This document shows, piece after piece, positions 31,914-42,475 of a DNA stretch of 64,000 nt. The stretch's first letter is position 1; each line of letters begins with the position of its first letter. A program made the position numbers and the translations under genes. The DNA is from an uncultured Candidatus Rokubacteria bacterium. Its GTDB lineage: Bacteria > Methylomirabilota > Methylomirabilia > Rokubacteriales > CSP1-6. Location: NCBI GenBank assembly GCA_963747235.1, contig CAVVEU010000005.1, forward strand, positions 1 to 64,000, written 5' to 3'. Below the pieces are notes generated by a model, which did no database searches, was not told where the DNA came from, and saw nothing but the letters and a program-made list of their open reading frames with translations.

Positions 31914-33364
31914 ATGACCGGCGCGCTTCGCGCGACGCGTGGCGTGGACCTGACGGTCTGGCCGCCGCGCTACGACCCGGCCTACCGGCCCGCGCCGGAC
32001 GCCGAGCACTGGCTGCCCGAGATCGAGTGCGCGGATCCGGCCGCGCGCGACGCGCTGATCTTCGCCAAGCTCACGCACCAGGTGCGCTACGCGTGGGAGC
32101 GGAGCCCGTTCTACCGGCGACGGTGGCAGGAGGCGGGCGTGTCGCCGGAGACGCTCAAGAGCCTCGACGACCTCGCGCGCTTCCCGGTGGTGCAGAAGGC
32201 GGAGCTGCGGGCCGCGCAGGCGGCCGCGCCGCCCTTCGGCGACTATCTCTGCATCGAGCCCGCGGCGGTGGCGCGCATCCACGGCACCAGCGGCACCACC
32301 GGCCGGCCCACCGTCTTCGGCATCGGGGCGGACGACTGGGGGCGGATCGGCGAGGCCCACGCGCGCATCCTCTGGGGCGCGGGCATCCGGCCGGGCGACC
32401 GCATCCTGATCTGCTCGTTCTTCAGCCTCTACCTGGGCTCGTGGGGCGCCCTCGCGGGCGGCGAGCGGCTCGGCGCCACCGTGTTCCCCTTCGGCGCGGG
32501 CGCGCAGGGCCAGACGCTCCAGGCCGTGCAGTGGGCGCGCGATCTCCGGCCGTCCGCGTTCTACGGCACGCCGTCCTACGCGCTGCACTTCGCGGAGACC
32601 GCGCGCCGCGAGGGCATCGACCCGGCGAGCCTGGGCTTCCGCGTCCTCTTCTTCTCCGGCGAGCCCGGCGCGGGCATCCCGGCGACCCGCGCGCTGATCG
32701 AGCAGACCTTCGGCGGCATCTGCGTGGACATGGGCAGCATGGCCGAGATGTCGCCCTGGATGACCAACGGCGAGTGCCGGCATCGCACCGGCATGCACCT
32801 CTGGCAGGATCTCGTCTACACCCAGGTCTGCGATCCGGAGACGTTCCGGCCCTTGCCCTACGGCGCGCGAGGGCACGCCCGTGTACACTCACCTCGAGCG
32901 GACGTCGCAGCCCATGATCCGGCTGGTCTCGGGCGATCGCGCGCGGTGGGTGGACGACCCGTGCCCCTGCGGGCGGACCTACCCGCGCCTGCCGGACGGG
33001 CTCTACGGCCGCTTCGACGACATGATCATCGTGCGCGGCGAGAACATCTACCCGAGCGCCATCGAGGACACCCTGCGCGCCATCGACGGCTTCGGCGGCG
33101 AGTTCCGCGTGATCGTCTCCCGCCGCGAGGCCATGGACGAGCTGCTGGTCCGCGCCGAGTACACCGCGACCCACGCGGGCCGCGCTCGACGCCCTGCGCG
33201 CCCTGATGCGCGAGCGCCTGCGGGCCCGCCTCGGCGTCCACCCGATCGTGGACCTCGTCCCCGAGGGCACGCTCCCGCGCACCGAGTTCAAGGCCCGCCG
33301 CGTGATCGACGATCGAGATCTCTATCGCCAAGCACTACCGACCGGAGACAACCGCCATGTTTGA
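31914..33364 (+). CDS. hcl: 2-hydroxyisobutyrate-CoA ligase-like (PaaK family); frameshifts near 32870 and 33180
   Basis: PPFGDYLC, HGTSGTTGRPT, FSLYLGSWGALAG, FSGEPGA, GSMAEMSP, YTHLERTSQPMIRL resemble HCL as I recall it. Confidence 0.75.
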
Positions 33365-35038
33365 CCCGAAGCGCTCGAGCGCCTCGCCGCCGAGAAAGCC
33401 GCCTGGGAGGCCAAGGAGCTCGCCGAGTTCCTCGCCCGCCAGCCGGAGGCGCGCACCGACTACCGCACCGGCTCGGGCATGCCGGTGCAGCGCCTGTACA
33501 CGCCGGAGGACATCGCGGACGCGCCCGCCGACAACATCGGCCTGCCCGGCCGCTTCCCCTACACGCGCGGGCCCTATCCCACGATGTACCGCGGCCGCAA
33601 CTGGACGATGCGCCAGATCGCGGGCTTCGGCACCGGGGCCGACACCAACGGCCGCTTCCGCTACCTGATCGAGCAGGGGCAGACCGGGCTCAGCGTGGAC
33701 TTCGACATGCCCACGCTGATGGGCTACGACTCCGACGACCCGCGCTCGCTCGGCGAGGTCGGCCGCGAGGGCGTGGCCATCGACACCCTCGACGACATGG
33801 AGGCGCTCTTCGCCGACATCGACCTCGAGCGCATCTCGGTCTCGATGACGATCAATCCGAGCGCGTGGATCCTGCTCGCCATGTACGTGGCGCTCGCGGA
33901 GTCGCGCGGCTTCGACCTGAACAAGCTCTCCGGCACCGTGCAGGCCGACATCCTGAAGGAGTACATCGCCCAGAAGGAGTGGATCTTCCCGATCCGCCCC
34001 TCGATGCGCGTGATGCGCGACATGATCGTGTGGAGCGCGCGGAATCTCGCCCGCTACAACCCGATCAACATCAGCGGGTATCACATCTCGGAGGCGGGGG
34101 CGACCTCGGTGCAGGAGCTGGCCTTCACCATGGCGAACGCGATCGCCTACGTGGAGGAGGTGACGCGCGCGGGGGTGCCGGTGGACGAGTTCGCGCCGCG
34201 CCTGGCCTTCTACTTCGTGGCCCAGGCCGACTTCTTCGAGGAGGTGGCCAAGTTCCGCGCGGCCCGGCGCATCTACGCCCGGCTCATGAAGGAGCGCTTC
34301 GGGGCCACGAAGGCCGAGTCCATGCGCCTGCGCTTCCACTGCCAGACCGCGGCGGCCACGCTCACCAAGGCGCAGCCGCTCAACAACATCATCCGCACCG
34401 CGCTGCAGGCGCTCTCCGCGGTGCTGGGCGGCGCCCAGTCGCTCCACACCAACGGCATGGACGAGGCCTACGCGATCCCGTCCGAGGAGGCGATGAAGAT
34501 CGCGCTGCGCACCCAGCAGATCATCGCGATGGAGACGCGCGTGCCCCAGGTGGTCGATCCGCTCGGCGGGTCCTACTACGTGGAGGCCCTGACCAATCGC
34601 GTCGAGGCCGAGGTCCTCCGCATCCTGGCCAAGGTGGACGCGATGGGCGGCACCATCAAGGCCATCGAGGAAGGCTTCTTCCAGCACGAGATCGCCGACT
34701 CCGCCTACGACTTCGCCCGGCGCAAGGCGGCGGGCGAGCAGGCCGTGATCGGCGTCAATACGCTGGTCGAGCCGTCCGAGCCGCCGCCGCTCCCCATCCA
34801 CAAGGTGGACCCCGCCGTCGAGGCGCGACAGATCGGCCGGTTGAAGGAGACCCGCCGGCGGCGCGACCAGGCGCTCGTGGACCGCCTGATGGACCGGCTC
34901 GAGCGCGAGGCGCGCGAGCCCGCGACCAACATCATGCCGGTGACGATCGAGCTCGTGAAGGCGCGCGCCTCGCTGGGCGAGATCGTGGCGCGGCTCCGCC
35001 ACGTCTGGGGCGCCTACATCGAGCGGCCGGTGTTCTGA
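33357..35038 (+). CDS. hcmA: 2-hydroxyisobutyryl-CoA mutase large subunit; 5' indel
   Basis: WTMRQIAGF (Ile where MCM has Tyr, ICM Phe), GQTGLSVDFDMPT (Asp where MCM has Ala), RFHCQTAAATLTK. Confidence 0.85.
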
Positions 35039-36185
35039 TGCCGCCCCGGCCCTTCCGCATCGAGGTCCCCGAGAGCACGCTGGCCGACCTGCGCGAGCGC
35101 CTCGGGCCGCGCGCGCTGGCCCGACCAGGCGCCCGGCGCCGAGTGGGCGTTCGGCACGAGCCTGGCCTACATGAAGGAGCTCACCGCGTACTGGAAGGAC
35201 CGCTACGACTGGCGCGCGCACGAGACGCGGCTCAACGGCTTCCGCCAGTTCACCGCCGCCGGTGGCGGGCATCGATCTCCATTTCATCCACGAGGAGGGC
35301 CGCGGGCCGAACCCGCTCCCGCTGCTGCTCTCCCACGGCTGGCCCGGCTCGGTGTGGGAGTTCCACAAGATCCTGCCCATGCTCACCGACCCGGCGCGCT
35401 TCGGCGGCGATCCGGCGGACGCGTTCACGGTGATCGCGCCCTCGCTGCCCGGCTACGGCTTCTCGTTCGCGCCCGGCCAGCCGCGCTTCGGCGTGGCGGA
35501 GATCGCCGACGTCTTCGCGTCGCTCATGACCGACACGCTCGGCTACCGGCGCTTCGCCGCGCAGGGCGGCGACTGGGGCGGCTTCATCACGTCACGCCTC
35601 GGCGCGGCGTATCCGGACCGCCTCGCCGCCATCCACGTGAACCTGCTCTCGCTCCGCCGCGACATCAAGCCGCCGGCCCAGCCCTCGCCGGAGGAGAAGC
35701 CGTACCTCGACGACCTCGCCCGGTGGCAGCGCGAGGAGACCGGCTACCAGTGGATCCAGGGCACCCGGCCCCAGACGCTGGCCTTCGGCCTGAGCGATTC
35801 GCCGGTGGGCCTCGCGGCCTGGATCGTGGAGAAGTTCCGGACCTGGAGCGACTGCGGCGGCGACGTGGAGCGCCGCTTCACCAAGGACGAGCTGCTCACC
35901 AACGTGATGATCTACTGGGTGACCGGCAGCATCAACGCCTCCTTCTGGCCGTACTACGCGCGCTTCCACTCGCCGTGGCCCATCGCGGACGGCCAGCGCA
36001 TCGAGGTCCCGACCGGCTACGCCGCGTTCCCGAAGGAGATCGTGCGGCCGCCGCGGTCGTGGGCCGAGCGCATGTACAACATCCGCCGCTGGACGGTGAT
36101 GCCGGCGGGCGGCCACTTCGCGGCGATGGAAGAGCCGGCGGCGCTGGCGACCGAGCTGCGCGCCTTCTTCCGGGAGTACCGCTGA
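35038..36185 (+). CDS. Epoxide hydrolase (EHN + alpha/beta hydrolase, microsomal type); frameshifts near 35100 and 35260
   Basis: HGWPGS, QGGDWG nucleophile, GGHFAAME; TGATG overlap with hcmA. Confidence 0.9.
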
Positions 36186-37030
36186 CGCGCCCCCGGCGGC
36201 GGGCCACCACCGTCGTCCTGGCGGCCCTGCTGGCGGCAACCATCGGGTTCGTCGTGTGGGCGGTGGGCATCGAGCCCGGCTGGGTGGTCACGCGGGAGAC
36301 GCGCGTGCCGATCGCGCGCTGGCCCGCCGACCTCGGGCCCCTCCGGATCGCCGCGCTCGCCGATCTGCACACCGGGGCGCCCCACATCACGGTGGACAAG
36401 GTCCGCGAGATCGTCGCGTCCGTGAACGCGGCGCGGCCGGACCTGATCGTGCTGCTCGGGGACTACGTCATCCACGGGGTGGCGGGCGGCCGCTTCGTGG
36501 ACATCGAGCTGACCGCCGCGGCCCTGCGCGATCTGCACGCGCCGCTCGGCGTCTTCGCGGTGCTCGGCAATCACGACTGGTGGTACGACGGCCGCCGCTG
36601 CGCCCGCGCCCTCGAGGCGGTGGGCATCCGCGTCCTGGAAGACGCGGCGACGGAGGTGACCGTGCGGGGCCACCCGCTCTGGATCGCGGGGGTGAGCGAC
36701 GCGAGGACGCGCCCGGCCGCGATCGGCCGCGCGCTCGCGCCGGTGCCGGAGGGCGCGCCGCTGATCGTGCTCACCCACAACCCCGATGTCTTCGTCCGGA
36801 TGCCCGCGCGCGTGCTCCTCACCCTGGCCGGGCACACCCACGGCGGCCAGGTGAACCTCCCCGTGCTCGGCCGCCTCATCGTGCCGTCGCACTTCGGGGA
36901 TCGCTACGCGATCGGCCACGTCCACGAGGACGGCCGCGATCTCTTCGTCTCGCCCGGCATCGGCACCAGCATCATCCCGGTGCGATTCCGGGTGCCGCCC
37001 GAGATCTCGCTGGTCACGGTGGGGCCGTGA
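36182..37030 (+). CDS. Membrane-anchored metallophosphoesterase (YkuE/YaeI-like); start uncertain
   Basis: ADLH, GDY, GNHD, HNPD, GHTHGGQ; N-terminal TM. Confidence 0.85.
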   Translation: MTRPRRRATTVVLAALLAATIGFVVWAVGIEPGWVVTRETRVPIARWPADLGPLRIAALADLHTGAPHITVDKVREIVASVNAARPDLIVLLGDYVIHGVAGGRFVDIELTAAALRDLHAPLGVFAVLGNHDWWYDGRRCARALEAVGIRVLEDAATEVTVRGHPLWIAGVSDARTRPAAIGRALAPVPEGAPLIVLTHNPDVFVRMPARVLLTLAGHTHGGQVNLPVLGRLIVPSHFGDRYAIGHVHEDGRDLFVSPGIGTSIIPVRFRVPPEISLVTVGP

Positions 37031-39107
37031 GGGCGCTCACGCGGACGCAGCGCACGCGCCTGCTCGCGAGCGGCGCGCCCGCGCTCGGCGTCGCGCTCGT
37101 CCTCGCGGCGGCCTGCTTGTGGGGACTCCTCGCCGCGCACCCGCGCGCGCGTGGGCGACCTGCTCTTCACCGCGCGCCCCGCCCAGGCCGCCCGGTCCAC
37201 CGTCATCGTGGGCATCGACGAGAAGAGCTACCGGGCGCTGCTCGCGCGCCACGGCCCGCTCTCGGCCTGGCCCCGCACGCTCTACGCCGACGCGCTCGAC
37301 GCGCTCCGGCCCGCCGCGCCGCGGGTCGTGGCCTTCGCGATCTTCTTCGACGCCCAGCGGCCCGAGGACGGCGCGCTCGCCGAGGCGATGCGCCGGGCCG
37401 GCAACGTGGTGGTGCCGGTGGTGGCCCAGGGCGCGAAGGCCTTCGACCCGCGCCCGGGGGTCGCTCAGGAGTTCGAGGCCTTCGTCCGGCCCCCCTCGAC
37501 CGTGCGGAGCGCGGCGGTGGCCGAGGGGCTGGCCAACGTCACCACCGGGCGGGACAGCGTCGTGCGAAGCCTCCCGCTCCTGCTGCGCGCCCGGGACGAG
37601 GAGCTGCCGAGCCTGGCGCTCACGATCGTGGCCCGCTTCGCCCGGAGGCCGGTCGTGCTGGACGCGCCCGCGGAAGACCGGCCTCGTCCACGCGGCCGGC
37701 CGGGCGATCCCGGTCGGGGAGCACGACACGATGCTGATCGACTTCCTCGGGCCGCCGTCCGACCCGGCCGGCGCCGGCCCCTTCCGCATCCTCTCGTTCG
37801 TGGACGTGCTCGAGGGCCGCTTCGATCCCGCCCTGGTCCGCGACCGCATCGTGCTGCTGGGCCCGACCATCCGGGGCGTGGACGAGCACGCCACCCCGAC
37901 CACCGGCGACACGCGGATGTGGGGCGTCGAGATCCTGGGCAACGCGGTGGAGACCGTGCTGTACCAGCGCTTCCTCTCGCCGGCCGGGCCGGGCGTCACC
38001 ACGCTCCTGATCGGGCTCATGGCCTTGCTCGCGGCGCTGGTGGTGGCGGCGTGGCGGCCCCTGCCCGCCGGGCTGGCGGTGGCGGCCGGGCTCGCCCTCT
38101 ACGGCACCGCGGCGGCCCTGCTCTTCGAGCGCGGCGTCGTGCTCGACCTGATCTACCCGCCCACCGCGCTGCTGATCAGCTTCGCGGCCGCGCTCTCCTC
38201 GCGCCTCGTTCTGGAGCAGGCGGAGCAGAGAATAGTCCGGGAAGCCATGGGGCGCTATCTCTCGCCCGCGGTGAGCCAGTGGGTGCTCGCCGATCCGGAT
38301 CGGCTGCGCCTCGGCGGCGAGACGCGGGAGATGACGGTGCTCTTCAGCGACCTCCGTCAGTTCACCACGCTCGCCCACGCGCTCCCCCCCGCGACGCTCG
38401 TGGCCCTGCTGAATACCTACCGGACCGAGATGGCGGACGTGGTCTTCCGCCACGACGGCGTGCTCGCCCAGTACGCGGGCGACGCCATCGAGGCCTTCTG
38501 GAACGCGCCGATGGACCAGGCCGACCACGCGCGCCGCGCGTGCCTGACCGCGCTCGACATGGTCGCGGCGCTCGCGACGCTGCGCCCGCAGTTCGAGGCG
38601 CGGGGCTGGGCCCAGCTCGACCTGGGCGTGGGGATCAATACCGGGCAGATGGTGGTGGGCAACATGGGCTCGAAGGACCGCCTGATCTACACCGCGGTCG
38701 GCGATCCGGTGAACGTGGCCGCGCGGCTCGAGGGGCTCTCCAAGGAATACGGCGTGCGCATCGTGGTGGGCGAGGCCACCGTCGCGGCCGAGCCGCAGAC
38801 CTTCGCCTATCGCTTCCTCGACCGGGTCGCGGTCAAGGGCCGCGCCGAGCCCCTCACCTGCTACGAGGTGGTGGCGCGCGCGGGCGCGCTCGATCCCGCG
38901 GCCGAGCGCCGCCTCGCCCGCTATCACGAGGCGATCGCGCTCTATCGCGCGCGGCGCTGGGAGGAGGCGCTCCGCCTCCTCGACGAGCTCGGGGCCGAGG
39001 CGCCCGCCGACGGGCCCATCGCGCTCTACCGGCGCCGGGCGCGGGCGCTCCTCGCGGATCCGCCGCCCGCCGACTGGGACGGCGTCTTCGTCGCGGAGTC
39101 GAAGTAG
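37027..39107 (+). CDS. CHASE2-domain class III nucleotidyl cyclase with C-terminal TPR-like helix; frameshifts
   Basis: IDEKS..WPRTLYA CHASE2, MWGVEI, SDLRQFT..YAGDAIE..GDPVNVAARLE, PPADWDG. Confidence 0.85.
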
Positions 39108-39128
39108 CCTCGTGTATCATCTCGCTCC

Positions 39129-40046
39129 ATGAAGCTCGGATTCGCGCTCCCCACCGCCGGCGATTGGGCCACCCCCGAGAACCAGATCCGCGTCGCGCGC
39201 CAGGCGGAAGCGCTCGGCTACCACTCGCTCTGGGTCTTCCAGCGCCTGCTCTACGCGCTCGAGCCGAAGAACGAGTACCCGCCGGTGCCGGGCAAGGTGT
39301 GGCCCAAGCCCTTCGAGCGCGTGCTCGATCCCATCGTCACGCTCGCCTACGTGGCCGCGGCCACCCAGCGCATCCGCCTCGGCACCAGCGTGCTGATCAT
39401 GCCGTTCTACCAGCCGGTCGTCCTCGCCAAGCAGCTCGCCACGCTGGACGTGCTCTCGGGCGGCCGGCTCGACGTGGGGCTCGGCCTCGGCTGGTCGCAG
39501 GACGAGTACGAGGCGGTGGGCGTGCCCTTCAAGCACCGGGGCCGGCGCGCCGACGAGTTCCTGCGCTGCCTCGACGCGATCTGGACCCAGGACGTCACCG
39601 AGTTCCACGGCGAGTTCTACAACGTGCCGCGCTCCCGCGTGGAGCCGAAGCCGGTGCAGAAGCCGCGCCCGCCCATCACCATCGGCGGCTACGGTAGGAC
39701 GGTGGTGAAGCGCGCGGTGGAGCTGGGCGATGGCTTCAACGGCGGCAACGTGCCGATGGCGAGCGTGGCGCCGCTGGTGGCCGAAGTGAAGGATGCGGCG
39801 GCCGCGCTGGGCAAGGACCCGGCCAAGCTCCACATCGTCTGCCGCGGCACCTACCGCGTCCACGACGCCCCGCAGGGGAAGGACCGCCGGCCGCTCTGGG
39901 GCACGCTCGACGAGATCCGCGAGGACATCGGCCGCTACGCCGAGGCCGGCCTCACCGAGCTCTTCCTCGAGGGCAACTTCACGCCCGGCGGGCCCTCGCT
40001 CGAGCCGGCGCTCGAGGTGATGGCACGCCTGGCCCCGGGTCGTTAG
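39129..40046 (+). CDS. LLM class (probably F420-dependent) oxidoreductase
   Basis: AEALGYHSLW, TQRIRLGTSVL, LDVLSGGRL, PKPVQKPRPPI. Confidence 0.85.
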   Translation: MKLGFALPTAGDWATPENQIRVARQAEALGYHSLWVFQRLLYALEPKNEYPPVPGKVWPKPFERVLDPIVTLAYVAAATQRIRLGTSVLIMPFYQPVVLAKQLATLDVLSGGRLDVGLGLGWSQDEYEAVGVPFKHRGRRADEFLRCLDAIWTQDVTEFHGEFYNVPRSRVEPKPVQKPRPPITIGGYGRTVVKRAVELGDGFNGGNVPMASVAPLVAEVKDAAAALGKDPAKLHIVCRGTYRVHDAPQGKDRRPLWGTLDEIREDIGRYAEAGLTELFLEGNFTPGGPSLEPALEVMARLAPGR

Positions 40047-40239
40047 CCAGCGCCAGAGCTGGATCCTACTTGCGGCGCTCCGGCCGGCCGGCCCTGGTGA
40101 CCCATAGTGTCAGGGCGATGTCAGGATATGTGAACCAGCCGGTGACCAACCGACGAAACGCCACGGCTAGTTACGGGCAAAGTGCAGCTATTTCATGGAG
40201 TTGCATTCGGACCCTCCGCGCCGGAACTGGCTCAGGGCG

Positions 40240-40255
40240 CGGCACTCTTCTTGCT
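40240..40255 (+). promoter_or_regulatory. Putative sigma-54 (-24/-12) promoter
   Basis: CGGCAC-TCTTC-TTGCT matches GGCAC-N5-TTGC with GG-N10-GC spacing, just upstream of ATG 40269. Confidence 0.5.
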
Positions 40256-40268
40256 CGATCAGCTTGAC

Positions 40269-41081
40269 ATGGACGACAGCCTCCCGAGCATCCTCTGTGT
40301 CGATGACGACGTCGACGTCCTCGAGCTGCTCAAGGAGTATTTTACCGAGCAGGGGTTCGTCGTCCTGACCGCCACGAACGGGGTCGAAGCCTTCCTCCAG
40401 GTCAAGCGGTGGCAGCCCAAGGCGGTCATCCTCGACCTCTTCATGCCCCGCCTGGGCGGGATCGGCGCGCTGGGCCGGATCAAGGCGCTCAACCCCGACG
40501 TGGTCGTGATCCTGGTCAGCGGCATGGGCAATGCCCTCGAGCTGGTCACCGAGGCCGGGCTGAGCGTGGCCGGCGCCTTCACCAAGCCGCTCAACCTGAC
40601 GCAGCTCTCCGAGACGCTGGCCCGGTCGGGTGTGGTGGCCCCGGCGGCCCTCGTGGCCGCGGCGGCGGGCGACACCGCGCAGGCCAGGCGGCCGGTGCGC
40701 GCGCGCGTGCTCGTGGTGGACGACGAGCTCGAGTTCCGCAAGGTGCTGGCCGAGTACCTCGAGGACCGCGGCTTCGACGTGATGGAAGCGCAGGACGGCG
40801 AGGAAGCGCTCCTCCGCGTGCCGGACTTCCACCCGCACATCGTGCTGATGGACGTGATGATGGCGGGCATGGGCGGCGTCGAGGCCTTGCGCCGCATCAA
40901 GACCGCCGCGCCCGACACCTGCGTGATCATGGTCACCGCGGTGGAGGACATCGACTCCGCGCGCGGGGCCCTCGCGCTCGGCGCCTCCGACTACGTGACC
41001 AAGCCGTTCAGCTTCCAGTATCTCGACTCGGTGCTCGAGGTCCACATGCTGATGGACCACATCGACCCGAAGTCCCCCTAG
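40269..41081 (+). CDS. Tandem double receiver-domain response regulator without output domain
   Basis: Two complete REC domains (VDDD..DLFMP..KP; VDDE..DVMM..KPF). Confidence 0.85.
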   Translation: MDDSLPSILCVDDDVDVLELLKEYFTEQGFVVLTATNGVEAFLQVKRWQPKAVILDLFMPRLGGIGALGRIKALNPDVVVILVSGMGNALELVTEAGLSVAGAFTKPLNLTQLSETLARSGVVAPAALVAAAAGDTAQARRPVRARVLVVDDELEFRKVLAEYLEDRGFDVMEAQDGEEALLRVPDFHPHIVLMDVMMAGMGGVEALRRIKTAAPDTCVIMVTAVEDIDSARGALALGASDYVTKPFSFQYLDSVLEVHMLMDHIDPKSP

Positions 41082-42475
41082 CTCACCACCCCCTCCGCCG
41101 CCTCCTCGCCCGACCGCACGCAGTCCGCGATCCCGACACCCCGGTAGGCTCCGCCCGCCAGGCGCAGGCCCGCGTGCCGCGCCACCGCCAGCTCGATGGC
41201 CTCCGCCCGGGCCGCGTGGCCCACGTGGTACTGCGGCATCGCGTGCGGGTAGCGGGCCACCCGGGTGAAGAGCGGCGCGCCCGTCACGCCCAGCAGCTCG
41301 CCGAGCTGCGCGCGCGCGGTCTCCACCAGCGCCGCGTCGTCGGCCTCGAGCGCCGACTCGTTCAGCGCGCCCCCGATGAACACGCGCAGCAGCGCGTGGC
41401 CCTCCGGCGCGCGCCCCGGATACTTCACGCTCGAGAAGGTGGCCGCGATGACGGGCCGGCGCTCCACCTGCGGGACCACGAAGCCGAAGCCGTCGAGGGG
41501 ATGGCGGATGTCGGCGCGGCGGTAGGCCAGCGTCACGGTGGCGGAGGAGGCGTAGGGAATCCCCTCGAGCAGGTGCGCGAGCCCGGGATCCACGTAGCGC
41601 AGGAGCCGCGCGACCTGGTGCGCCTCCGGCGACAGGATGAGCGCGTCGCCGGTGAAGGCCGCGCCGCCCGCGGTGGTGACGCGCCAGCCCGCGCCGTCGC
41701 GCTCGACCGAGGCCGCCCGCTCCTTGAGGCGCACCGCGCCGGGCGGCAGCCGGGTGGCCAGCAGGCGAATCAGCTCCTCCATCCCCTCGGCGAAGGTCAC
41801 GAAGAGCGACCAGCGCGCGCCGCTCGTCCCCGCGTGAAGCGCCGGGGCCCGGCGGGCGGCCCGCCAGAGGGCCAGGATCACGCTCCGCTCGCGCCGCTCC
41901 ATCTCGAGGAAGCGCGGCATGGTGGCGCCGAGCGAGAGCTCGTCGGGATCGGCGGTGTAGATGCCGCCGACCAGCGGCTGGGCGACGCGCTCGAGCGCCT
42001 CGCGGCCGAGCCGCCGCCGCACGAAGGCGCCCAGGCTCTCGTCGGGCGACCCGCCGCGCGGCAGCACCAGGTCGCAGGCCATCCGGAGCTTGCCCGGCCA
42101 CGAGAAGAGCGAGGAGGCCAGGAAGGGCCGGAGCCGCGTGGGCGCCAGGAGCTGGAAGCCGTCCGGCAGCGGATGGAGCCGCCCGCGAAAGGCCACGAAG
42201 ACGCGCCGGAAGCGGTCGTCGGTTCCGATCAGCCGGCTCTCCACGCCGAGCCGCCGGCAGAGCGCGAGCGCCCACGGCTTCTCGGAGAGGAACGAGTCGG
42301 GGCCGCACTCGACGAGAAACCCGTCGCGGCGCTCCGTCTGGATGGTGCCGCCCAGGCGATCCGCGCCCTCGAGCAGCGTCAGCTCGAGCGGCCGGCCGCG
42401 CTCGCGCGCCAGCTCCACCGCGCGGTGGGCGGCCGCGAGCCCGGAGAGCCCGCCGCCGACGACGATCAGCCTCAC
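41078..42475 (-). CDS. hemY: Copro/protoporphyrinogen oxidase HemY
   Basis: VVGGGLSGL, ECGPDSF, GGIYTAD, MPQYHVGH, GVGIADCV. Confidence 0.9.
   Translation of the reverse strand: MRLIVVGGGLSGLAAAHRAVELARERGRPLELTLLEGADRLGGTIQTERRDGFLVECGPDSFLSEKPWALALCRRLGVESRLIGTDDRFRRVFVAFRGRLHPLPDGFQLLAPTRLRPFLASSLFSWPGKLRMACDLVLPRGGSPDESLGAFVRRRLGREALERVAQPLVGGIYTADPDELSLGATMPRFLEMERRERSVILALWRAARRAPALHAGTSGARWSLFVTFAEGMEELIRLLATRLPPGAVRLKERAASVERDGAGWRVTTAGGAAFTGDALILSPEAHQVARLLRYVDPGLAHLLEGIPYASSATVTLAYRRADIRHPLDGFGFVVPQVERRPVIAATFSSVKYPGRAPEGHALLRVFIGGALNESALEADDAALVETARAQLGELLGVTGAPLFTRVARYPHAMPQYHVGHAARAEAIELAVARHAGLRLAGGAYRGVGIADCVRSGEEAAEGVVS

Noticed and set aside
33357-35038. Ordinary methylmalonyl-CoA mutase
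   Set aside because: Lacks the MCM Tyr (RQYAGF); carries the HCM-type Ile and Asp
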